Of a stretch of 64,000 bases of DNA, positions 1-11,600 are shown one piece after another. The stretch comes from Lingula anatina (Eukaryota; Animalia; Brachiopoda), in the NCBI GenBank assembly GCA_051362555.1, contig CM120644.1, positions 6,642,954 through 6,706,953 on the forward strand. The letters run 5' to 3'. Made by a program: the position numbers and the translations under genes. A model generated the notes under the pieces. It was given only the letters and a program-made list of their open reading frames with translations, did no database searches and had not been told where the DNA came from. Positions within the stretch are counted from its first letter, which is position 1. The number at the start of each line of letters is the position of its first letter.

Positions 1-1605
1 AAGAAAAGCAAAATTTGCAAAATTCAGTTCATGGTGTAAAGTAGGTCAAAGGTCAATTTTAAGGTCACATGTAGATTGCCAGTATATGACTTCCTATTCA
101 AGTTCAATAGTAACTATGGACCTATCTCTGCCAGTTTTGGAGATAAAAGGGAAGCAAAATTTGCAAAGTTCAGTTTATGGTGAAAAGTAGGTTAAAGGTC
201 AATTTTAAGGTCACATTTAGATTGCCAGTATATGACTTTCTATTCAAGTTCAATAGTAACTACGGACCTATCTCTGCCAGTTTTGGAGATAAAAGAAAAG
301 CAAAATTTGCAAAATTCAGTTCATGGTGAAAAGTAGGTCAAAGGTCAATTTTAAGGTCACATATAGATTGTCAGTATATGACTTCCTATTCAAGTTCAAT
401 AGTAACTACGGACCTATCTCTGCCAGTTTTGGAGATAAAAGGAAAGCAAAATTTGCAAAGTTCAGTTTATGGTGAAAAGTAGGTCAAAGGTCAATTTTAA
501 GGTCACATTTAGATTGCCAGTATATGACTTCCTATTCAAGTTCAATAGTAACTACGGACCTATCTCTGCCAGTTTTGGAGATAAAAGGAAAGCAAAATTT
601 GCAAAGTTCAATTCATAGTGAAAAGTAGGTCAAAGGTCAATTTCAAGGTCACATTTAGATTGCCAGTATATGACTTTCTATTCAAGTTCAATAGTAACTA
701 CGGACCTATCTCAGCCAGTTTTGGAGATAAAAGAAAAGCAAAATTTGCAAAGTTCAGTTCATGGTGAAAGGTCAAAGGTAAATTTCAAGGTCACATGTAG
801 ATTGCCAGTATATGACTTTCTATTCAAGTTCAATAGTAACTACGGACCTATCTCTGCCAGTTTTGGAGATAAAAGGAAAGCAAAATTTGCAAAGTTCAGT
901 TCATGGTGAAAAGTAGGTCAAAGGTCAATTTTAAGATCACATTTAGATTGCCAGTATATGACTTCCTATTCAAGTTCAATAGTAACTATGGACCTATCTC
1001 TGCCAGTTTTGGAGATAAAAGGGAAGCAAAATTTGCAAAGTTCAGTTCATGGTGAAAAGTAGGTCAAAGGTCAACTTTAAGGTCACATATAGATTGCCAG
1101 TATATGACTTCCTATTCAAGTTCAATAGTAACTATGGACCTATCTCTGCCAGTTTTGGAGATAAAAGGGAAGCAAAATTTGCAAAGTTCAGTTCATGGTG
1201 AAAAGTAGGTCAAAGGTCAATTTTAAGGTCACATATAGATTGCCAGTATATGACTTCCTATTCAAGTTCAATAGTAACTACGGACCTATCTCTGCCAGTT
1301 TTGGAGATAAAAGGAAAGCAAAATTTGCAAAGTTCAATTCATGGTGAAAAGTAGGTCAAAGGTCAATTTCAAGGTCACATTTAGATTGCCAGTATATGAC
1401 TTTCTATTCAAGTTCAATAGTAACTACGGACCTATCTCAGCCAGTTTTGGAGATAAAAGGGAAGCAAAATTTGCAAAGTTCAGTTCATGGTGAAAAGTAG
1501 GTCAAAGGTCAATTTCAAGGTCACAGAAAGATAGCCAGTATATGACTTCCTATTCAACTTCAATAGTAACTATGGACCTATCTCTGCCAGTTTTGGAGAT
1601 ATAAG
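1..1605. repeat. 146-bp tandem repeat array (~11 copies, runs off the left edge)
   Basis: The unit aag(a/g)aagcaaaatttgcaaa(a/g)ttcagttcatggtgaaaagtaggtcaaaggtc... recurs at 1, 147, 293, 439, 585, 731 and onward. One copy near 770 has a short deletion. Confidence 0.97.
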
Positions 1606-2610
1606 GGACTAAATGTTATAATTTTGGAGTTACCATAATGTGCCTTAAATTTCGTACAGAAAAAATTAATTAAAATAAAAAAAAATGTTATATTGGTCAA
1701 AATTCTTGAAATAGGAGGTGCTCTGAAGTTTCAGAAGTTCAAATTTGATGAAATAATGTCATTTTTGAACACAAGTTGTCTGCTTTGCCAAGCCTTATAT
1801 TTTATTTTTCCAGAGTTCAAAATTTATTATCCATTACCGTACTGCACATTTTGCTTTTACCACCAATATGTACTTTTTGATACAGCGTAACTCGAAAACC
1901 GTATGGAATACAAAAAAACCGAGACCACCTCCAGTGTTGGGCTTTACATGCTCTACAAAATGCAAAAAAGAATGGGTCTCTAGCATTAACGGTTCCCGAA
2001 TTAGAGACAGTTTTCAGTTTCGGTATCTTATGGCCGCTACTCCCGTGAAAATGCACCGATTGACTCCAAATTCATGGAGATGAAAGATGACCTGAAGGGT
2101 AACACTTTCCAATAATATTATTGGTTAAGTCTGTGTAGTGTCCGAATAACAGGGCAAAAAAAAATTTTTTCGTAAAAAATTTTATTTTTTTGAAAATTTT
2201 GGCCCATTTGACCTTGAAGTAAAGGTCAAAGGTCAAATCCAAGGGTATATTTGAAATCTACACATATGACTTTTGGAAAGCCGTCTATAGAAATTTTTCC
2301 CATAACTCCTTCCGTAGGGTAGATAATTAGCATTTAATTTTGCCATTTTTAGACAAGGGTGCATTGTAATGAGTGCCACACCCAGACCCCAATACCGACA
2401 AAGCCCAAATTTTACGTGGAACGAGTTGAGATTATAGGTGACCTAAATCCATGAGATGGGTACGGGGGCCCTTACCGTCTAGGAGGAGAAGCGGTAACGG
2501 TAGCCGTCCGGCGGAGCCGGCGGAGCCGGCGGAGCTGGCGGAGCCGGCGGAACGATCCGGACGGGACCAAAACCATGTGTACCGCCAGCGCTAACGCTGG
2601 TGGTACAATA
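1..2610 (+). mobile_element. Non-autonomous Helentron/HINE-like element (3' part)
   Basis: Internal tandem core, then a GC-rich microsatellite (ggcggagcc)n at ~2510-2550, then a 3' hairpin tgtaccgccagcg-ctaa-cgctggtggtaca (2578-2607) followed by an A-rich end. This layout is typical of HINE/DINE-1-like elements. Confidence 0.65.
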
Positions 2611-3213
2611 AATGAGATACTTATTATTTGTATGTATGCATTCTCTTCAACCATACAAATGTCAAAACGGATGAAACAGTGACATTTAAACAGTCTTAAA
2701 ATGACTGACAAACAATTTAATAGAGGAAGGGCACAAAACATGTATTTTTCAATTTTGATGCAATATAGTAAAATAATTGAAAGTATCGTCACTACCAAAT
2801 TTCAATTATGTATGTAATTGACACCCAAAATAGTGGTGCTTTGCTAAAGATTTGAATAACATGAAAGGTCTGCAATGCTGACAGAGAAAAATTACACATA
2901 ACAACAATGACGAACAAGGCAGCTGAAGGCAGCAAATCTATGAGTCTAATATTGAAATCAATTTATGTAAGGGAAAGCTGACTTAATAACACAAGAATCA
3001 AACTTTCAGAATAAGACAGTCCAGCCTAATAAGTCTACTGTAACAAAATATTTAAATGTGGCTGAAACATGACTTAAATCCAGCCTACATCTTCATCAAC
3101 ATCAAAGACAGGTATCTCTTAAACCCAAACAAACATGACCCAGAAAACAAGTGCCATTTTAGTCTTGTGAAATGTTTTATACAATCTGTACCACATAAAA
3201 CCTGCAAACGTAC

Positions 3214-3972
3214 CCATCACAACACCTGGGAGGATTTCTGCAACCTGCAAGTCTCTCTTTGTGTCTCCAACAAAACCTAGTTTCCCTGCAAAGTGCAATA
3301 AAAGAAGTTCAAGAAAGGATCAACATCCACATCTGTTTGTCAGAAATCCAGAAAAATAATTATAATCTAATCTACAGTCTAAGGGCTCATTCCCAATTAA
3401 ACTTTGGTTCTACATAGATTGATCCTAAGCTGCAGGGACTCTCGCTGAATACAATCAGATTAACAGACTAACAAGGCACTGGCACTGAGTAAAACTAATT
3501 ATAAGTACAATGGCAACAAGAGGACGCTTGTTTATTTGTTAACCTGATTGAATTCTGTGAGAATCCCCGCAGAGTTGGATTGATCTTGGTAGAATAATAG
3601 TTTCAATGGGAATGACCCCTTAGAGTACAAATGGCTGATACAGTCAATATGAATTCTAAAAAAATAAAAATAAAAATAGAAAAAATAAGAACCAAAACAC
3701 CCAGTTGGTTAGATTTCTACATTTTTTCCAAAATGCTAATCATAACATTCAAAGCCTTAATATAAATTTCTTTTTCTTTAAATTAGGAATATCTTCAACT
3801 TGAATTTTGACCTTAGACTTGACCTCTAACCTTTGTCTAGTACTGTGACCACTGTTCTCCCATGGCTGTCCTTGTCTTCTTGAAGGAGTCGTCCATCTAC
3901 AGTGGTCACTTTTGTCGGCACTGGTTTCAACTTTGACTTGGAAAACCCCTCGATGTCACTCAGTAGGCTCAT
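3214..3972 (-). CDS. DUSP19: Dual-specificity phosphatase 19, first two coding exons (catalytic exons lie left of the window)
   Basis: Exons 3972-3831 and 3285-3214 (GT-AG, phase 1) give MSLLSDIEGFSKSKLKPVPTKVTTVDGRLLQEDKDSHGRTVVTVLDK-GKLGFVGDTKRDLQVAEILPGVVMG. This matches the DUSP19 N-terminus pattern (SLxxEIKAFSxxxLRKxxTRVTTxxG...GYVQDxxxDLQVGVIKPWLLLG). Not in the ORF track. Confidence 0.85.
3380..3622. mobile_element. MITE, PIF/Harbinger-like (related copy at ~41026-41253)
   Basis: Terminal inverted repeats taagggctcattccca ... tgggaatgacccctta. Confidence 0.6.
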
Positions 3973-4520
3973 GTTAGAAGGACAGTCCTTCAAGAATTAA
4001 TATCAATCATAATAATCACTTCAATTTATTTGTTTATTTATTTTATTATGCTAATTTCGATTTCATTCAGTTTTCATTCTGATGGTCAATTTGTGGAACA
4101 AACCTAGTTTGATTTTTGCCCATATTTTTTTGTGTTACGACACTTCAATGCCAATTCTATTTTAGCCTACTCATACATATTATATGGAAGTCAGTCACAT
4201 TTTACAAAGAAGCAACCAGGGTAAGTAAAAAGAGGAATTAAGAAGTATGTGCAACTCACAGACTCTTAATAATTAACACTTCCATTTTGTGTTCAAATTG
4301 CAGTTTTGGTTGTTTTGGCAAAATAAGGGTGAAGTCCTATCACCAAACAAAGGCAAAGATAAATGTAAATATCTTGAATTGCATTCAAGATCACCTGAAA
4401 CTTCCAGTCTATATATATATATAAAATTAATACTTTACTAAATTTAATTGCTTTCTGGTAGGCAAAAATAGAAAGCTGTTAATCTGCTTTAAGGTGCTTA
4501 TGCTTAGCAATGGGAAATAT

Positions 4521-4588
4521 CAGGGATGAGCATTTTGGGCTTCCAAAAAGTTGGAAATCAGCTGATTGTCGGAAAAATCTCATCCCTG
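4521..4588. mobile_element. 68-bp mini-MITE with 6-bp TSD
   Basis: TIR cagggatgag...ctcatccctg, flanked on both sides by aaatat. Confidence 0.65.
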
Positions 4589-4609
4589 AAATATACAGTA
4601 ATTAAAAAG

Positions 4610-5124
4610 GGCCGTAGCAATAATCTGAAAGTTCAATATTTCGAGGGTTCATTGCTCCGAATGTTTATTACAGAACCTTCAGACCAACAAACCCTCAATT
4701 AAAAAACTGAAGAAACTGTTACAGTTTTTCAGACGAATGAACCTTCGGACCAATATATAAACCTTCAGACTAACGAGACGCCCTCAATTTTAAAGCCGAT
4801 AACAATTTCGAGGTGATTTTTGTTTTTACTGATCATAATGATAGAATCATAAGTGAAAATGTGATGCAGGAAAATACTCACTTTCGGTTTTTTCAATAAT
4901 CATAAACCCTGCCTGTATCCTAAAATATATTTGGCTCTATTGCTGTGTAGCAATAGTCCGAGGGTTCCGAAGGTTCATTGGTCCGAATATTCACTATAGA
5001 ACCTTCGGACCAATGAACCCTTGATTAAAAAATCGATGAAAATGTTACCAGTTTTCGGACCAATGAACCTTCAGACCAATGAACCTTCAGACCAATGAAC
5101 CTTCGGACTATCGAGACGCCCCCG
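4610..5124. mobile_element. Two copies of a small inverted-repeat element (~4610-4785, ~4943-5124)
   Basis: Both share internal aaccttc(a/g)gaccaatg repeats and end in gagacgccc. The arms atagtccga / ttcggactat are inverted. Confidence 0.55.
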
Positions 5125-5380
5125 TTGTGACAGGGACAGGAAACTTGGGAAAGGGCAACGAAGAGACGAGATTGGTGACAGACGACCTTGCAACCCTTGT
5201 TCAAATACCTCCATTTGAGAATGACTCTTAATACACTGCTTACTTAAAACGTATCTTATTAACCTTAAGCAATCAGTTACATATATGGAACAATTTTAAT
5301 TGCGTTTTTTTACCTGTATCTACCGGCCTTTAAAATGCATTTCCTTAAACCCATTGCTCTACAAGGGCGCAGCCATTTTC
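4882..5380 (-). other. DUSP19: Probable DUSP19 5' UTR exons (~5380-5314 and 4919-4882)
   Basis: Minus-strand donors cag|gtaaaa (5313) and aaa|gtgagt (4881), acceptor ttttag| (4920), and an acceptor at 3988 just upstream of the ATG. Confidence 0.5.
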
Positions 5381-5672
5381 TCGGTACCCCGGATGCTGAC
5401 CTAATTTTAATTAAAAAGCATCGTTCCAATGGTTGATTTCCCTCCCACTAAGATTACTACATTAAACTCCTTGGAAAGCAAATGTGGAACCTATAACTAA
5501 ATTTATCAGATCCCATTTTAAAGCAAGGTTTTCTTTTATCAGTGAGTTCTTTTTATTTCAATCAACTAGAAATTAAAAACTAAAAACTGCGTGAAGACTT
5601 TAAACTGAATTCTTCATTAGATTCAGCACTCCATTTAAATGATGGAACAGCCACCACAACTTTAAGTCAAAT
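5314..5672. promoter_or_regulatory. Putative bidirectional promoter DUSP19/KIF28
   Basis: The two genes diverge within ~300 bp. YY1-like motifs: gcagccatttt (~5369) and aatatggcgg overlapping the KIF28 ATG. Confidence 0.45.
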
Positions 5673-8600
5673 ATGGCGGAAAACGTGAGAGTTGCAGTGA
5701 GGGTTCGCCCATTTATATCCTTTTTTCGTTATCTTAGATTGCCACAATCACTTAACAAATATTTCAGCAAGTAGAGTAGAGTGTACTCCAGTTGGGAAAT
5801 GAGTGGAAAGGTCAAATGGTGAATATCTTATAAGATACCATACGGTAACTAAGGTATACAAAAGTTTCAGAAAAGTCATTGATTTGGTTTATGGCACTTT
5901 ATAAGTGAATATTACGCAACTCTAGTCATATTAATAGTCAATTTTATCGTCTCATGGTAGGTCACAAAATTAAAGTATTTTGGAGTCATTTATGTCTTTA
6001 ATAGTGAATTCTTATCTCGAACTTTACGACCAAGAGTGTGGTATAAAGATACAACGTTTAGCATGCTGCATAATGAAAGTTTAATGTCAGGTTGCACTTT
6101 ATTACGACTAGCAATATTAATCAAAGCAGCATCCCAGTGAAAGTTACAGATGCATTTGGAGACTTGTTTTTGCATTATATGTGTTGAAGAAAGATGCAAA
6201 TGGTCATTTCTGCTCTGATTTTATAATTGCTTACAGTATATTATCTTGGCAGTGCAGTAAACATTCCTTCCCCACTGTGGTAACAGTACAAACAAAGCAT
6301 AACAGTTTTATGTTCAATGTCAACAGTTGTCAAGTTTTGAAGTCAATATTGTGGTCCTCTTTAAATAGATAAAGGATCATTGTGAGCAAATTATGGCTCT
6401 TGTTTAAATAGATTAACTGGAATTTTTGCAGTCAATAATGATGTTATAGCAATATTGTTTTGAAAATTGTTGTCAGGTTATGACCTCAGTACAGTGAATT
6501 CAGTGAGTTAAGTTAACAAATTTGTTTTACATTTATATAAAAATGTTGGATTAAAAAGGTTGAGTTATTTGAAACCCAGTTGATTTAAATATTTTGGTGT
6601 CTTTCTTACACCACCTTTTTCAGGTAAATTTAATATTATTTATTGGAGTGGAAATACTAATAACGCTGATTATGGCTATTGTTGCAAGGAGGCTATTATA
6701 GTTACTGAGTGTAGAGCAACCTTCATGAGATTTTATAGATTTTGGAAAAATAACTATGTTTGATCTTACATATTCCTGTTGTTTATAGCATTTAGTTCTT
6801 TTTATTAAAAGTCAAACATTAAAGGGATAATAACTCTTCATATGAGATCTATATTTCACAATAAAAACCTTGTGAATAACTCATAGAAATATAATATATT
6901 CTGTTTTACCACAAAAACAGCAGTTATAGCTATTATTCTGATATCTGAACTTGTCTTTAGACCACGTGACCTCCATTGATGTCTATACTCCAGATGTTAA
7001 AATCTCTTAAGAGATTTTAACAAAAAACCAAACTTTTTAGAAAAAAACCAGGGACTAACTTTGAATGTAAAAATGGATTCATTAACCATTGATAAGTATG
7101 GGAAAATTGATGTTTACTCCAGGAAAATTCATTTTTTGGCCAAAACGAAGAGTTATTATTGCTTTAAATTCACCTCTAAAGTTCCCAGCTCATTTTAATT
7201 AAGACAAAATATTTACATGACATATTACTACATAAGATATTTTAAAGCCAAATTAATTTTTCCACTGGTCCTGATCTGTCTTTCTAAAAATGTATTTGAT
7301 CAGAATAATCTAGTTTACATTTTTCAGCATGATAATATACTACATAAGATAAAAATTTGTATTTTTTTACTGCTGTACGTACCTTTTTACTGCTGTGCCA
7401 TGGTTTTAACAAACACTACTCTCACATCAGAAAGTGAGTTATTACTGTGATAAGAAATGAAGAACAGTACTTTCTAATCCTATCAAATTGTGAGTTATAT
7501 GGTTAAACTTCCATATTTCATTTTTATTTCTGCCTGGTCAGAAGAAGCTCTCTCATTTTTTTTCAGTCAGTTCTGAAGAAATGATTTCATTAATTAAAAT
7601 GTGATTTTTTAAGAATTGAAATAATAAAAAAAAACTGTTAGAGCCAACATTTTAGTAAATGTCCTTAACGGTTCCCACAATACAAGGGAAAAGGAGCGCA
7701 ATGCGGTCCTCATTATTGACATGAAAGGGAACACCACAGAGATAAAGGACCCTGCTGCGCCCAAGGGAGAAAAGCCGAGGACTTTCACTTTTGATTTTTC
7801 CTACTGGTCACATGACGGGTTCAAGGAAGAACAAGATGGCTACCTGTCGCCCTCAGGAAGCAGATATGCGGATCAGGTGGGGATTAATTTTTTGTGAACT
7901 TACCTTTCAAATTTAGTTCTAGGGAAACAGGTGTTTGATTGCATTTTGTTTTCTTTAACTGGTTTTATGACAACTTTAACTAAACTGCACATAAGGGAAT
8001 ATCATTTACAAGAGATTAAGAAAATCCAAGATAATTTAAAGAGCTTCTGTCAGCTTGGACCATGTGCAAATAACGATTCATGAATAATGAGGATTGAAAA
8101 ATAAAGTGGCACACAGGGTCTGAAGCCTAGAGTGACTCACTGATGGCTGCTGTGAGATAAGCGTTTTGCTTTTTTAAAATGGGAAGTTTTTTTCACATGT
8201 ATCTCAAAATAAAAAGTAGATCTTGCAGTTCTGCTAAACATTTGCACAAAATTCAGAACCAACGGTTTCCTTTTAGACATTGTTACCTGAACATGCAATT
8301 AAATACCAAAATGCTGAAAAAGTTATTGATTTTCATAACTGATTTTTGTTCTGGTCATGGTAGTTTCATTTTCATTTTAGAGAAAAGTATTCAATGACCT
8401 GGGACAGTCTGTGTTGGACAATGCATGGAAGGGGTACAACTGCAGTTTATTTGCCTATGGACAGACTGGGTCTGGGAAGTCTTATTCTATGACAGGATAT
8501 GGGAACAATAAAGGTAAGTGATGGAATTACTCAAGTATGATTTTAACATCCATCACTATAGTCAATGTGTTCAACTTTAAACTTCTAATTTTATAAGTTT

Positions 8601-11600
8601 TCATATAGAGGACTTTGATGCATTGATGGAAGAAATGGGGTTATTTTTTATGAAAATGCCTGGAGGACCCCAAAATGTTGAACTATTGGCCTTACTTTGT
8701 GTCATTATTTTATTAATTAATAATTCAATTATTCATTCAGGAATTGTCCCTATTTGCTGTGAGGAACTTTTCAAGGGTATAGAGGAAAAGAAGAAAACAG
8801 CTCAGAAGGGAGAGGAGTTTCAGGTAATGGATGGCAAAATATGTGAAAATGTAATCTGGTTTATTATTTTAAAGTTTATTTAAGGTAAACACTATATAGA
8901 TAGATAAATAAAATCATTTATTCATTTATTAAATTGCAAGGAGGCCCAGCATTATGGGCAGCCCCAAATAAATATATTTTGTTATAATATGTAACATATA
9001 TCACATTTTCATGGGCATAAAAATGCAATATGATTTTGAAAATTGAAAGCAGGTCAGAAACAGCCATTTTCTTTATCTAAAAATTATATTAGTGGCATAT
9101 CTTATGACTTGCAGTCCTTCTGTTATAATGCATGTAATATATTTTAATGTATTATTAGTCTTAGAGTACCCGACATTAAGTTGAGAAGAATGCCAATGGA
9201 AAACTGTAGATAATGTAAACCTTAGAGAATTCTGATTCAGAGAAAAAAAAGATGAATGAGTATAGATTGTTAAAGAGTTTAAATTGTGCTTTTGACGTGA
9301 AGGTAAGGAATGATTTTTAATACATGTGTTGCTACATTCAGGTACAAGTTAGTATGCTGGAAATCTACAATGAGCAAGTACGCGATCTTCTGACCTCCAA
9401 AAAGGCACCAAAAGGAGGTTTGAAAGTTCGTCAGCATCCATCCAAAGGATTTTATGGTGAGCTTTTGACAAGTCCTGTCTCTAAGAGTTTCCCAATTCAT
9501 GCACTGGCTCAATTCTTCAGTGATAATTTTTAGGTGTCTTTGATTATTATAAATAAATTCATCAATTTTCAACTATTTGTTACACCAGCATTGTGCTGAA
9601 TTTATCAATTTTATCAATACTGGTACAGTTGTAAGTGGAATTGTTTTAATTTTTACATATAAAATTTACACAATATTGCTTACTAATATTTGTTAATAGA
9701 CTGGAATTTAAGATAATTAGATTGTGATGAATGTACTCAATAGGTTCAAGATTCTGGAAATCACTATTATCCAATTCTGATGATGGCATTGTTAAGTACT
9801 AGTATTTTGCTGATAAAACATTCTTACAGTGTCAAAGCTAAGTATTATATTTCCATTTTATTTCAGTTGAATCTCTAATCACATGCCCAGTGAATAGCTA
9901 TGCTGATATAGACAATAAATACCAAGAGGGGGCCAGAAACCGGACTGTTGCTGCAACACAGATGAATGCCACCAGCAGGTACTTCGTTGACGCAAGATTA
10001 TCATTTCAGTGATTGAGAGAATATTTTAATTTAATGCCACCAAGTAAACTATTCATTGGTCTCATTTGCATATGTATAAATGTCATACATGTATAACTGT
10101 CTGATAATTTTAGTGAAAGTCAAAATAGGGCAGAACTTAATCACGAATTGATAGCAAATTGGTGATATTATGGTTATTAAGTATTAAACTTTCTGTTCAC
10201 AGGTATGTCATTGACCTTTTAGCGTTTTGATTCATGGTTGTAACATAAAGGCTTAGTTTTAAGACATTTCAAGTATTGAGTAATTTGAGTACTGCTGAGG
10301 GAAATGACCCATAGGTATGAAGGCTTTTAAAACTTAAAATCTCATTTTTCTTACACTGTTCTTGCAGCCGTGCCCATACCATTGTTGGTATATATTTCAC
10401 CCAGAAGACGCTGAATGACGCGGGGGAGAATATGACCAAGTCCTCCATCCTTTACCTGGTGGATCTGGCTGGCAGGTACGTTGTTGGTTTTTTTTTGGGG
10501 GGGGAGATGCTGAGTACTAACAAACTAACACTTGCCAGTTTAGACAAAAAAAGTGATGAAAATTTAAACCAATTGGCCAGAAAAGTGATGAAAAAGTATT
10601 AACTTGGCTAAGAGAAAAATATTGCTGGTGGTGGTAATAACAATAAATACAATGTACAGTTGTAAGCGAAAGACTGAGGCTTACTGGCTAGGGTCTTTTT
10701 ACATTAGGAACCAAATGTTTATGCCTTTTGGGCAGCGTATAATGGCAGGCAAACACTTAGTTGACTAACTAGAAATTCAGACTTGAAATAAAGAAATAAG
10801 TATGTCAGTAGATAGTCATGTTAAGAAGACAAGAGGTTTACCAGCTCTCTGGGTGCTAGCATACAACAAACATGCACACAAATATATTCACAAATTAAAC
10901 GTGTTGCTTACTGAACAAAGTCTAACCCAAGAAATTCATTCATTACTATTTCACTTTCAGTGAGAGAGCCGAGTCTACTGGAGCAACGGGAGATCGCTTG
11001 AAGGAAGGTTCCGCCATTAATCAGTCTTTAAGCACCCTGGGTAATGTGATCAAGGCACTGGCGGACAAAGGATCAGGACAGTCTGGAGTCATGGGTATGT
11101 GTGTGCACTGTCACAGCAGTATTGCAGTACTTGTTTTCATTTTGAAAGTGCTTATGATTCTTTGAAATTAATAAAAATGGGCAGAAAATTTCTAATTTGA
11201 AGTGATTACTGTTGTTGCATTTTTGTTACATTTCTATTTACAAATGTTTTTGAATTGATTGTGGCTTTCATTGCATTAAGGCTATTGAGATTTCATATCT
11301 TTTAAGATATTTAAAAATATTTGGCTTTCATTAAAAAACGTGATGACATGACAGCAGTTTGATTGACATTTAATTATATTATGACCAGCATTGTTTTGAT
11401 AACAACAAATAATGTGTTTTGTATTTCATCATACCAGTTCCATTCCGTAACTCTGTGCTGACCAAGCTGTTGAAGAATGCTTTGGATGGCAACAGCAAAA
11501 CTATCATGGTGAGTAATAAAGGATAATAAAGGTTATTTTATTATTTTCATTAAATATTTTGATAATAATAATTATTTTTTCAAAAAAGTGTCATTTATTG

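Noticed and set aside
1-1605. CRISPR-like array or coding repeat (ORF 670-909)
   Set aside because: Contiguous repeats without unique spacers in eukaryotic DNA. The ORF is incidental.
3831-3972. Stand-alone beta-thymosin gene
   Set aside because: The exon splices in frame to GFVGDTKRDLQVAEILPGVVMG, which is the DUSP19 continuation.
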